From Azolla caroliniana (Eukaryota > Plantae > Polypodiophyta): DNA of 64,000 bases. The notes below the pieces were generated by a model. That model saw nothing but the letters and a program-made list of their open reading frames with translations, did not search any database and was not told where the DNA came from. Below, in pieces: positions 13,828 to 25,820 of this stretch (position 1 is its first letter; the number at the start of each line of letters is the position of its first letter). The position numbers and the translations under genes were made by a program. The stretch lies in assembly GCA_043228905.1 (NCBI GenBank), contig JBHGNT010000011.1:1178001-1242000 (forward strand), given 5' to 3'.

Positions 13828-16800
13828 ATGTCGAGTACAAGAATATGGTCTCTGTGCAAAATTAGAAAAATGTAGTTTCGGCCATAATCAAGTGGAATTT
13901 TGGGGGTATGTTGTATCATCAGATGGTATTGCTATGGACCCCATGAAGGTGCAAGCAATTTTAGAGTGGCAGATGCCCCTTTCAATGCACGATGTGCAAT
14001 GTTTTCTCGGGTTTGCAAATTTTTATCGGAAATTTATTAAAGATTATTCCAAGGTTGTGCTTCTACTCACTCAACTCATGCACAAAAATTAGCCATTCAT
14101 ATGGAGTTCAGATGCAACCAAGGCATTTGAAAGCTTAAAACGAACATTTACAACAACACCTATTTTAGCACATGTCGACCCCACAAACGCTTCATCCTTG
14201 AAGCTAATGCATCCAATTTTGCACTAGGGAGTGACCTATCGCAGATTGGAGATGATGGACATCTACACCCTGTCCCCTTTCATTCTCGAAAGTTTGAAGC
14301 TACAAAGATCAACTACGAGATCCATGACAAAACTTCTTGCAATTGTGGATTGTTTTCAATAATGGCGACATTTTCTAAAAGGTTCTTCTGAGCAGATAAT
14401 TGTTTACAATGATCATCAGAACCTGACATATTTCCAAAATGCTCGAGTCTTGAGTCGCCGACAAGCCCAGTGGGCACAATTTTTGACTCAATTTGACGTT
14501 GTCATCATATATCACCTTGGGATGCAGCAAGGCAAAGTAGATGCTCTTTCTCGAGGCTCTTATATGGAACTTCGTCCAGGGGAACCTGCGTTCAAGCATA
14601 AAAAAAAAATCCTTTTGGGTCCTAATCGCCTACGATTAATGGTTGTTAATGCCATAACAACTCTTGAAGATTCCACTCTTCTTGATTCCATTCGAGATCA
14701 TATCATCACTAATGAATTCGCCAAGGAAGTTTTTTCCATAAAAAATATGCTCCATTGGTATTAAAATTAACAATGCCAAAGGCAATCTACAAATTGTACA
14801 TAATAGTTTCCACTCCATAAGTATATATCGTAAAAAAGGGACCAAATAATGATGGCATTTGTTATGGCCTCTAAAAACATCATGTTGCAGCCAACATTGG
14901 CTGAATGTGATTCCACATATACTAAAGCTCTTTAGTATACCCATATTCAACCTATAAACAAATTCCTGCGGTCCAAGTGAATACATATCTTGGTGGTAAT
15001 CATGGCTAGTAGTCTAAAAACTCCATGTTTGCATTTGGTTCCGCATGTACTAAAGTTGCTCACCATCACCTGGTTGTCCAATAGCTGTTCCCGTTCCTTG
15101 TCCTTTAATTCGCCAAGGAAGTTTTGGATCATATCGTCCCAGATCGTGCTTCTTGCTCATAGTCGAAAAACCCTCGTAATGACTATCGTCAATTCTATTG
15201 GCATGGTGGTTTTCTGTTTCGACAAAACCTATTGTATGTTCATGATGGTCCCCCACAACTACAAGTTTTACACCATTGCCATGACTCACCAATGGCTGGT
15301 CATTTTGGAGTTTCTCGACACTATTGGTGGCCTCACCTTCGTCATTTTGTTGAAGATTATGTTCTTATTTGTGATACATGTTGTCGATCAAAGAGTCCTC
15401 GACACCGATCCTATGGCTTACTCCAACCACTTCCCATTCCGGAAAATCCTTGGAAGTCTATATCCTTGGATTTCATTACCGATCTCCCAGTTTCAAAAGG
15501 TTTTGATGCAATTCTCATGATGGTTGTTCGACTTACCAAAATGACACATTTCTTGCCCTGTACGAAGTCTATTACTAGTCAAGAGGTGGTCGATCTCGTT
15601 ATGCGGGAGGTATTTAGGCATCATGGTCTGCCGGATGATATTATTAGTGATCGTGGTCCACAATTCATCTCAAAGTTTAGGAAACACATGTTCAAACTTC
15701 TCCGCATTTCGACTAAGCTTTCTTCAGGCTATCATCCCGAGACTAATGGCCAAACTGAGCATACCAACCAAACTTTGGAGCAATATCTTCGTTGCTTCAT
15801 CAACTACCAACAAGATGATTGGGTTGATTTTTGCACTTGGCTGAATTCGCTTACAACAACTTAATCCATTCTTCTACAGGATATTCTCCATTTTTCGCAA
15901 ATATGAGTTGTCATCCTCAATGGATGATGAATGTGCATCTAGACGTTCCTACCAACCTTGCTGCTAAGGATCGTCTTAGTCGCCTCCAAGAAATTCACAC
16001 TACCATTCTTCACAATTTGCAGGATGCTCAAGTTACACACAAGCGGCTTGCGGATCGTCATCGCCTAGACTCCTCCAAAACTTTCCGTGTTGGGGATCAT
16101 GTATGGCTTCTCCAACACAACATCAAAACCACTCGGCCTTGTAGTAAAGTGGATTACCAATGTTTTGGCCCTTACATGATCACTGATAAGATAAGTGATG
16201 TTGCGTTTCATCTTGGCCTCCCTCCGCACATGTGTCTTCATTTGGTGTTTCATGTATCCCTTTTGGAACCTTATACCACAAGTTTAATTCTGGGCCGTCT
16301 TACACACCCCCACCACTTGTTGAGTTCTTGGAAGGACCTGAATTTGAGGTTGTTGCCATTCTTAATTCTAAAATCGTGTGAAACAAGTTGTATTACTTGG
16401 TTGATTGGTTAGCCTATACCCCCAACGATTGAACTTGGGAACCTGCAACAAATCTTTCCAATGCCGTGGACATGGTCACTGCATTTCATTGCCAATATCC
16501 TCGTAAACCAGGTCCTAGTACAAACCCTATGACCCGTGAGACGTGTCGTCGAAGAAGGGGGATAGTGTCATGATGACACTCATGTTATGCCTTAAAAGGT
16601 TTTGAACCCACGACCTTGTTATAACATGTCAAATCCTTAACCATTGTAATAATATGTTTATATGTATAGATTTTAGAATATGTAATCTAATATCATAAGA
16701 ATATTCTATATTACTCTACATTCTAGAATAACCTAGAATATTCTAGAGTGTTCTACATACTAGAACGAGATTAGAACCTTCTAGAATACTCTAGAAACCT

Positions 16801-17002
16801 AGAATATTCTAGGGTGTTCTATATTACTTATAAATAGGGATCTATCAATCATCCCAAAACTAAATTGGTTCAATGCCATTCTATAGCTGCACTTTGTTGC
16901 CTACTCTTTGTAATCTGTTTTACACTGCAATATAATATTTCCCTTTCTATTCTCTTTCTGTCTTAAGCATTATCTGTGTGTGTGTGTGTGTGTGTCTTGA
17001 CA
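13828..17002 (+). mobile_element. Chromovirus (Tcn1-like Ty3/gypsy), 5'-truncated and decayed: RT-RH-INT-chromodomain plus 3' LTR 16566-17002
   Basis: FLGFANFYRKFI, RRQAQWAQFL, HDSPMAGHFG, SLDFITDLP, IISDRGPQF, YHPETNGQTE, FHVSLLEPY, and chromodomain EFEVVAILNS..YYLVDW..TWEP. PPT gaagaagggggatag precedes TGTCATG...TTGACA. Confidence 0.9.
14734..15106. mobile_element. 373-bp insertion with a 19-bp target duplication (probable truncated non-LTR retroposition)
   Basis: aattcgccaaggaagtttt at both 14715-14733 and 15107-15125, interrupting the chromovirus pol. Confidence 0.7.
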
Positions 17003-17010
17003 ACTACGAA

Positions 17011-17668
17011 GTTCGTGAAGTACAGATGTGATGTGCACTTAGGTACACATGCACATGTAGACTAAGGGGAGTGCATGGGAGTAAGGGTGTAATAAGTAGA
17101 GGGCATGGTGGTGTGTGTGAAAATGAGAGGAGAGGGTGTTAAGGCCCCATCAACTTCTCCTCCTAAGATCAAGCCAAATATCCCTCTTTAAAAAGAGTGA
17201 AATATTTGGCCTCTCCTTTTGTAATAAGCTCACACTTTTCCACTATAAAAAGAGGTGAGGAGGCACCATTGAGGGGGTCGCCATTTTGTCGTTTGAGGCA
17301 GACTGTTAAGGTTTTAGTTATTCTTCTCCCCATTTCGTTTTAGGGTTTCGATTCTTCTTCTTCTTATCCGGTTAAGGTTTCTTTTAGTTGTGCTTCAGTC
17401 CAGCTTATATGTCCACGATTGTAATTGTATTGTGGCGTTTGTGCCCTATAATGGAATTAGCTTGATGAACCTTGTCTCCATCTATTTCTCTACCGTGTTA
17501 ATGAACCTTGTCTCCACCTATTTCTCTACCGTGTTAATCTCTTCTTCTTTCTCCTACCCTTTTGAGCTCGAAGGCTGCAAGGGTCAAGCTCCCATTTCCC
17601 CTCTACTCCCAGTCCAAGACCCCCATGGTCCCACCCAAGCCAGCACGTACCCACGGATTTTCGCGATA
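17011..17668 (+). mobile_element. Decayed solo LTR related to 13038-13827
   Basis: Ends ccaagacccccatggtcc...cacgtacccacggattttcgcgata versus ...cacgtacccgcggattttcacgaca. Contains a TATA ctataaaa. No clear TSD. Confidence 0.6.
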
Positions 17669-18980
17669 GTGTACAATCAAGAAAATACGTTTGAAATATC
17701 AAGTCTCGCCTTTAAAATCTACTCAATGTGAGGAAGCCTCGTATAGCTAGAGAACAAAGAAAACTATTGTTCAACAATGATATACGGAGATAATGATAGT
17801 GAGAAACCTAGAGAAGTTAAAGATATTCCTACATCATTTCTTGCACATTTTGAAAGAGCACGGAAAGAAAAGGACTGACATTTAGTGAAGGCATATGGTT
17901 TAGAAGATGGTGGCACTTTTAAGAAATTTAGCCACAGAATCAATATCACCCGGGATTTATACTGTAATGTCTATTGTGGTGATGTGGCTGAGATGATACA
18001 CATATTGCCAACTAAGGAATACATATTATTGATTGTTGACATACCATATGAATTTTGTATGGTTGGATCAACATATGATGATGAACCATTTATGTTCAAA
18101 CAACTTGAGAAGATGGTGAAAGATTTCGTCCTTACGGAAAATTGTCGTATTCCATAACATGAACCAAAGATACTCTATAACACATGCCTTGAGATCTCAT
18201 TGCCATGGAATAATAAACCTTGCTTGGTAAGGAATATTTATATTACATGGAGAATTTTGATTTTCCCATAAATAAATTCTACTTAATATTGATATTTTTC
18301 ATTTGAAATGTTCTCCAACGAAGGAGATTGGATACTAGATTTGTTCTTCGACTCAGATAAATTATTATACCTTTGTTTGCTATGCCTTTAAAAATCAATA
18401 TAGTTGATGTTTAGCTAAAGCAATCTTCATTTTAAATTGTTAATAGGTATTGCATCTGCATTTGCATTGAAGCTATTCAAAAATACTGCACTAAAAAAGG
18501 ATGATGGCCAAGTGAGTTTCATTAACATGAGGATTAAAACCTTAACGTTTTCAACCTGCATCTCATGAACCTATTCATCTATTAGCTCGGGTAAAATATT
18601 ATAACTTTGTTTGCTATGCCTTTAGAAATCAATGCAGTTTATGTGTAGCTAAAGCAATCTTCATTTTAAATTGTTAATAGGTACTACATCTGCATTTGAA
18701 TTGAAGTTATTCAGAAATACAGTTGTACTAAAAAAGGATGATGAGCAAGTGAGTTTCATTAACATGAGGATTAAAGCCTTAACATTTTCAATCTGCATCT
18801 CATGAATCTACTTCTTGATTATCTGGCGAACCTAGGGAGCTTATTGATTTTGTCAACAAGCTATTTGAGGACCCTATCATTGCGAGCCTATGTGGAGTAG
18901 ATACTATTGCACAAATTTTGTTGGGGAGTTCTCAAAAGGAAGAAGAGGAGACCAATGTGGATACCATGATAACTATGTGA
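17669..18980 (+). pseudogene. Beta-class DNA amino-methyltransferase (N6_N4_Mtase-like) pseudogene with spliceosomal introns
   Basis: VYCGDVAEMIHILPTKEYILLIVDIPY (DIPY at 18038-18049); frameshifted KIVVFH...IINLAW with GT donor at 18227; FEMFSNEGDWILDLFFDS at 18302-18356; then an intron and GTTSAFELKLFRNTVVLKKDD (18447- and 18681-, duplicated). Confidence 0.72.
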
Positions 18981-20972
18981 TATGTTCAAATGATATATTA
19001 ATGTTCACGTCTAGGTTTGATAGTTTTGACAGCTTATGAGTATTGTCTACATTTTTGGAGTTGTGAATTTATCAAAACTATTTATGAATATTGTCTACAT
19101 TTTTTGAATTGTGAAATTATGGATGTTGATGAGCACTACATTTATAGATGTTGATGACACTAAGGATTAGAGTGTTACCGCTTATACTTAAAACATTTTT
19201 ATTAACAATAGATGTCACTTCCACTTTTGGAAATCTACATCTCCTCAAGATGGTGAAACCATTAATTTTAACTTGTGCTTTGAGTTAACCATTGTGATTT
19301 TTTTAAAGTTAACTACATTTCATATCTGCAAATTGTCAACGTTTAAACATTTATCGGAAAACTATCCAATTTTAGAAATGATCATTTTGACACTTGTTTA
19401 ATCTCAAAAAATCAGCAAATTTTATATGCTATTTAAAACATGTGATACTGGTTGTATCAAGTTTCTGAAAATTGCCTAAAATTGCAAGATTATAAAACGA
19501 ATCTATAAGTGGAATGCGCGATCCTTCCACTTGTGAACGCGAACGTGTTACCCCGAGTCATGGGCACCTTCTCTACCCGTCGAGAAAGGCCCTCACCTCA
19601 ATTCGTCGCGGTGATGTGTTGTGGTTCCAATCACGGAACCCCTCAACACATCAGATGTGTTACAGAGGGGCACCTTCGATATTTTCTCATTGTTTTATGA
19701 CAACATTGTTAAGTTTCGAGCCTTAAGGTTTTTAGGGTGATATTTTTTTTTCATTAACATGTCTCTTTCTTAAATGGATCCCACAATCTCATTAGAGAAA
19801 TCCAACATATATTATTTGTTTGGGAAGTTCTTGTTTTCTAACTATTTGCTAATTGTTGTTTTCAAGAATGACCTAAAATACCCATACCATTCTTCTAACC
19901 CCTATGTTAATATTATGTTTGGCAAAACATGGGTCCATAATTTCATGGATGGATAAGTGTGCTTACTTGACATGGAACCCTATTGTACTGAACTATGAGG
20001 AGGACTACTTGATGAATCAAGATTAATCGAAAACACTCTTGCTTGAGGAAATAAGTAATAATAACATTACTAATCATAAACGCCCATGATCTTGGAAACT
20101 AGTAGTTATGAAGTTTTATAGGAAGGGAAAAGCACCTTGAAAATGAATCGAGTTGAGAAAATCTCCCCAATGATATAGCTTTGATAAATTTCGACAACTC
20201 CATGGATGGATAATCAAGCTGATTACTTGGCATATAACCCCCCAGAAACTCCATGGATGATGTATCAACACACGAATCATTCAACATATAATGTTGCTAT
20301 GCAGTGTGGATGGCGATCCAATCAAGCCAGATTGATGGAAAACACGCTTGCTCGAGCATATAATTGGTGGTCATAAAACATGTCGAGCCTGAGGACTAGC
20401 CAGTGCTTTGAAATGCTGATGCGAGCAAAGAGGTGTCTGAAAGAAAACGAGTCGAGGAAAAGCACCCGGACACGAAGCAAGCCGAGAAGGAAGCGGAGAA
20501 GTCTAGGAGACCGGGAGAAACTCAAGGAAGGAGTCCAGGAGTCACAAACAAACACAAAAAACATCTCCTGTTTGTTGACCTTGTCCCCCCCACTACACTT
20601 GTTTTCTTGTACTAAATTTGCAGAAGATTCTCAGACACTTTGCAGACCAACATTTCAAATTTCCTCCCCCTTCCTCCTCTCTGGATCAGGTAATGCCTTC
20701 ATGTTGATGCTCTGTTTTTCATGGTGCTCTGCTTTCTCCTTTCTGATGCTCAATTTTGTTTTTCATATACTCTGCTTTTTTATCTCTTATGCTCTGTTTT
20801 TCTCTTGGGTTCTTCATTTTTTGCATTTTTCTTCTTGTTGTGTGAATGAAGCAGAATAGGAAATTTCATTCATTTTCCTTCTCAAATTCTGGTTTGTCTG
20901 GATGAAACAGAGTAAATTTTGGTACATGTTTTCTTTTTGTGATTTGTTGGTTTTTTTAATGCAATTCAGAAG

Positions 20973-23947
20973 ATGGCATGGCTGATTGATGGGAGAACAT
21001 TTGCAAAGAAAGTGAAGAATCCAAGTTATGGAACCTGCAGAGACCATGTCTCAAGAGGAGTCCTCACAGAATGCCCTTCATGTGGCCATGGATTTGAACA
21101 GAGTGAGGTATGTAAGCATATAATAATGATGTATTTAGCTTTCTTCTTAAAAACTGGTTGTGGTCCATGCACCTGGTTCTTCCAAATCCTGTAGATGTAG
21201 AAATTCCAAAGCTAGATTGGCAATGTGTTTTACCGATGATTGTTACTGAGCTAGCCACCACTGGAGCTTTGACAGCTGCACCTGGTTCTTTACAAACAAT
21301 GCCTTTGAATCAATCCTGTTGATGTAGAAGTCCAAAGCTAGATTGGCAATGTGTTTTATCGACAATGATTTTAACTGAGTTAGCCACACCCGGAGCTTTT
21401 TACTGAGTTTTTTTTAACTCTGTTCCACCAATTGAAACAGCTTCTTGCCTCAGGGCTGAGCTGCATTGTTTGTGGGAGACCCTCAGAGAGTGATCAGTCG
21501 AATAGGAATTTCTGTTGCCCATCTCTTTTTGGAATCTGTTGCTAGCAACTCCTAGTAAATTGAAAGGCGAGTGATAATCAATGTATATGATATGTATCAT
21601 TAGTCCAACGAAAATGTAAAATACCCCATACTTTAACATAAAATACTGATCTTACGATGGAGCATGCTGTATGAAGGAAGACGAATCGAAAAAACTGTAG
21701 GAATGCTAAATTATGATAAATAGAGAACCAGTCCAGAAATAATGATAAAAGACTGAATTGAGAAATGATTACAAAGGATGTGCATAGCAATATACAGACT
21801 GAATTGTGATGCACGTATAGTTCAAGATCTCTATTGCATATATGTTGGCTCTTATTTTCCAAATTTTATGAAGGTGTGGCCAGGATTTCCTTCAGGAGTA
21901 AAATTTGATCCGTCCGACCGAGAGATTCTAGAGCATTTAGCGGCTCGAGTGGGAATCAGTTCAGCGAAACCTCATCCATTCATTAGTGAATTCATTCCGA
22001 CAATCAATGTTGAGGGTGGCATTTGTTACACACATCCAGAAAAGCTACCAGGTAGCGGTTTCTTCCTTTATTATTTGCTTTTAGGGTGGATGTTTATGCA
22101 AATTTGACATTCCAAAGACCGCAACGAATGCTTGCATTCAGTAAACATGCTTTCTTTAGTCAATTTATCCAAGATTCCTTGCATAGACAGTTTGGTGCGA
22201 AGAAACATGAACGATATGATATCTATCTATCTATAAGACTTTCTTTCTCTCCTGCATCCCATTTTTTGTGAATGTGCTTGTGTGTGCAGTTTATTCAGTT
22301 GTTGGGTTGCATGAATTTATTCCTGAAAGCACATGAAATTCTTTGTTGCGGTATGTTCATTGGCAGTATCGAGAATCACAAATAGTTTTAAATAAACTCG
22401 ATCAACGATCAAATTATATGAAAATCTGAAATTTAACTAATGCCTGTGTCTAGGAATTCGTCGAGATGGTGGTAGTACACATTTCTTTCATATACCCCCG
22501 AAAGCATATACGACTGGGTCTCGAAAGCGAAGGAAAGTCCAAACAAACGAAGGGGACGAGCTTCGCTGGCATAAGACTGGCAAGACAAGACCAGTAATAG
22601 AAAATGGGAAGCAATTGGGGTGTAAGAAAATCATGGTGTTGTATACAAGCAATGGAAAGCAAGCAAAGCCAGATAAAACGAATTGGGTAATGCATCAATA
22701 TCACCTCGGTGTAGACGAAGAAGAAAAGGAAGGAGAACTGGTGGTATCCAAAGTGTTCTACCAAACACAACCAAGACAAACAAGCAAAGCAAATGACGAT
22801 GACTTGGAAGGAACAGAGTTTGAACTTCAAGAGGGGCCAAGAAAGCATGAAGACTTTGAACTAACAGAAATCGAGGTTCCAAAAGGATCAAGAATGAATG
22901 AAGGCTTTGAACTAACGGAACTCGAGCTTCGAAAGGCATCAAGAAACAGTGAAGACTTTGCCGCACAAAGACAAGCTGAGGTTCTAGATGGATCAGGAAA
23001 CAATGAAGACTTTGAGCAGACACAAGTAGAGCTCGCAGATGGATCTAGAAATGATCTGTCGGAGATTTCTATTGCATCACCAAACATTGATTTCATAGAG
23101 AGTTCGAATGTAGTTTCATTAAACTTACCAGCAACACCCAATGCCTTAGCCATTCCTCATGAATCTGAGGTATTCTGAATATGATGGTTCTCCCAACCTA
23201 TATTCATTGTTCTCTATGATATATTGGTTGGACTTTTTTGGAAAATATTCTGTTCTATAATACACACTGCCTAGACAATGACCAATCTATTTATTTATTC
23301 TTCTTTGATGTGTGAAGGGAAATGGCCTTGACGTAGCTCAAATCACGGTAAAACTCGACAAGCAAGACAAGAAGAGGAATCATGCACAAATTCTGAGCGA
23401 ATTTGATGAAGCCAGGAATGATGATACGATCAACGCGAAATCATCTCAAGAGGAACGCTCCTCGCTTTCGGATTCTCAACTATTCTCGGGTTCGCTAGAT
23501 GCGGAGTTGCTTAAACTTCTTTGCAATGAGAACCTTAAAGCGTTAGGTGAAGGTGATGCTGTGAATGGTTTAAAGAACATTATTGCTGAAGCGAGCTCGA
23601 GCCAAGACAGATTTTCTCTTGACAAGATCTTCCTCGGGACACCGCCAGAACTATTGGTAAGAGCACAAAATAAGGAGATGAATTGGGTTTCTAATTTGTC
23701 CTAATGACTCAGAAATGTTATGATGTCTGAAAACTTGGTTTTTGTGATGTGTTTTTTCAACTATCTCAAATTTAATTTGATTCTTTTGGTTTTATTTTGA
23801 AAATGTACAAAGGAGTCATTGGTGATGAATTCTCAAGGCACTTCGAGTGAAGATTGGCTCGAGAAACTGAGGCTTTTCGGAGATTCACAACGAACTGATG
23901 ATTTCAACTTGTCTGAATTCCTCCAAAATAGCCAATCTCAGCAATAA
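20973..23947 (+). CDS. SOG1: SOG1-like NAC transcription factor, 5 coding exons, ~500 aa
   Basis: Exons 20973-21107, 21874-22051, 22454-23169, 23318-23656 and 23813-23947, GT-AG and in phase. MAWLIDG...CPSCGH N-extension, [42 protein letters not shown]-terminal SQ motifs and LGTPPE. Probable 5'UTR intron at ~20690-20970. Confidence 0.9.
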
Positions 23948-24758
23948 ATGTTCGCCAAGATTACATACATCTCTCATGTTACTTTGCAAATTTGAAGCAT
24001 TAGAACTTTTCTGTTGAGGCTCCATTTTGATTATATACATTGCCTTAGTTATGAGAACACTTTTCTATGCCTTTTCTGTTTCACTATACAATAGAGAAAT
24101 ACTGTTAAGTCTTTGCTTTGCAACAAGGAGATTCAAATCACACACACACACACACACACACACATGTATAGTAATGAGATATCAGAATTACTGTTACAAA
24201 TGCTAATTGTTTCACATGATCAACATTTGTATATTCGAGAGATCATCTAGTGGTTTCACATTAGCATTGATAACATAGTCCAGAGATCAATCATATGGTG
24301 GTTGGTTTGAAAGCAATCAATGTCGATACAAAACTAAGAATTACGATGAAAAAGGAGTCTTTTGAGAATGAGCAAGGAAAATGCTTCTTAAGAAGGAGAA
24401 AGTGAATACATAGAGTTGATGATCAAGGGATTAGGGTTTAAAAAGAACCCTAATGGATATATAAATGTATATATACATCAGGATAAAGAACCAGAACATG
24501 ATAATAGTCACAGGACATAATTGCATAAATGGCATACACATGTATATAGTTCCATGTCATAACAGAGCATAAGGTCATTAAGAACGTACAATGCAAAACA
24601 GGGAATAATAGAGTATTAGGGTTTAGGGTCTCTCTCTCTATATATAACACAGTTCATTGTAACATGAACTCACAAAAAAGCAGCACAAAATTGTGTATAG
24701 GGCAGATGGTTGTGTGCATCAACACACACACAGAAACACAAATACAAACACAAAGACT

Positions 24759-25433
24759 TTAGGCGAATCTCTGCAAGGAATTCATCCATGATGCCATAGC
24801 GTCGGAATCAAATTCCAGCTCTTCAATGCCATCTCTGAATCCGTTGATGTATGAAATGGCTTCAGAATCTAGCTCTAAATCCATCAGTTCAGCAGTACCA
24901 ATTCCATTGGCATTGTCCTTTGCTTGGGGAATATTATGAGTCAAAATCTCTGATAGGAAAAGAGAGAAATGCTGATGGTCTTGGTCGATGTTAAGCTTAC
25001 TTGACACATCATTCCCATGTAAAGGAGGCTGATAATCGGAAGGAATTTGGTCGGACTGGCCCTTTATTATTAGTAATTCATTCAATTTTGCGTCCTTCTT
25101 ACAAGGTCGTCGCTTCACTGAACCTATAGATGAATTCCTTCGAGTATGAGATGATGATGATGGAGATAGAGATGATGTTGTTGATGAAGAAGAAGAAGAA
25201 GAAGAAGAGAGAGAAATCTCATGGACATATCTTTTGAAGCTTGATTCACGATGGGTTCCTTCTTCATTATCATCATCATCATCACGGCGATCATTATCAT
25301 CATCATCATCATCAGTAGAGGAGTCTGTGGCATCAGGGTCTGTGCAGATAACACGGACAAGCTTGAGCTCAGGGATATGGCAGGGCTCTTCTCGTGAAGA
25401 AGAAGAAGAAGATGAAGAAGAAGAAGCTGCCAT
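24759..25433 (-). CDS. CRF-domain protein without an AP2/ERF domain, intronless, 224 aa
   Basis: LVRVICTDPDATDSSTDDD...KRYVHEISL is the CRF domain. No YRGVR/WAAEIRD AP2 motif occurs in the rest of the ORF. Acidic, aromatic C-terminus. Confidence 0.75.
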   Translation of the reverse strand: MAASSSSSSSSSSREEPCHIPELKLVRVICTDPDATDSSTDDDDDDNDRRDDDDDNEEGTHRESSFKRYVHEISLSSSSSSSSSTTSSLSPSSSSHTRRNSSIGSVKRRPCKKDAKLNELLIIKGQSDQIPSDYQPPLHGNDVSSKLNIDQDHQHFSLFLSEILTHNIPQAKDNANGIGTAELMDLELDSEAISYINGFRDGIEELEFDSDAMASWMNSLQRFA

Positions 25434-25723
25434 GATTAGCAGAGTGAAGAAAAATGAAGAAGAAGAAGAAAGTTTAAATAAATCAAACAAAAATAAACAA
25501 TTGGAAAATAAAATAAAAAAATGAATAAAAATAATCAATTTCATGAATAACTAAATAGACAGATAAAATAAATGAATAAAATAAGTGAATAAATGTATTA
25601 ATAAATAAAGTAAACTAATTATATGAATAAATAAATAAAATAAACTAATTACATGAGTAAATAAATATAAAAAAAATAAACTAATTACATGAATAAATAA
25701 ATAAAATAACCTAATTAAATGAA

Positions 25724-25820
25724 GGGAAAAGTACCAGGATACCCCTCAAAGTTCGTCTTCTTACCAGAATGCCCCTGGAAGTTCCAAATTTACCAAACTA
25801 CCCCTATGTCCAATTTTCCC
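25724..25820. mobile_element. 97-bp Mutator-like miniature element
   Basis: Ends GGGAAAA...TTTTCCC; 9-bp TSD TTAAATGAA at 25715-25723 and 25821-25829; internal tacca..t.cccct sub-repeats. Confidence 0.75.

Noticed and set aside
21185-21400. ~85-bp duplication in SOG1-like intron 1 as a possible ncRNA pair
   Set aside because: No snoRNA box arrangement or hairpin could be supported; it looks like a simple local duplication.
25434-25544. Hydrophobic N-terminal extension (apparent signal peptide) of the CRF-like ORF
   Set aside because: T-rich, UTR-like sequence; ATG 25433 (MAASS) is the more plausible start.
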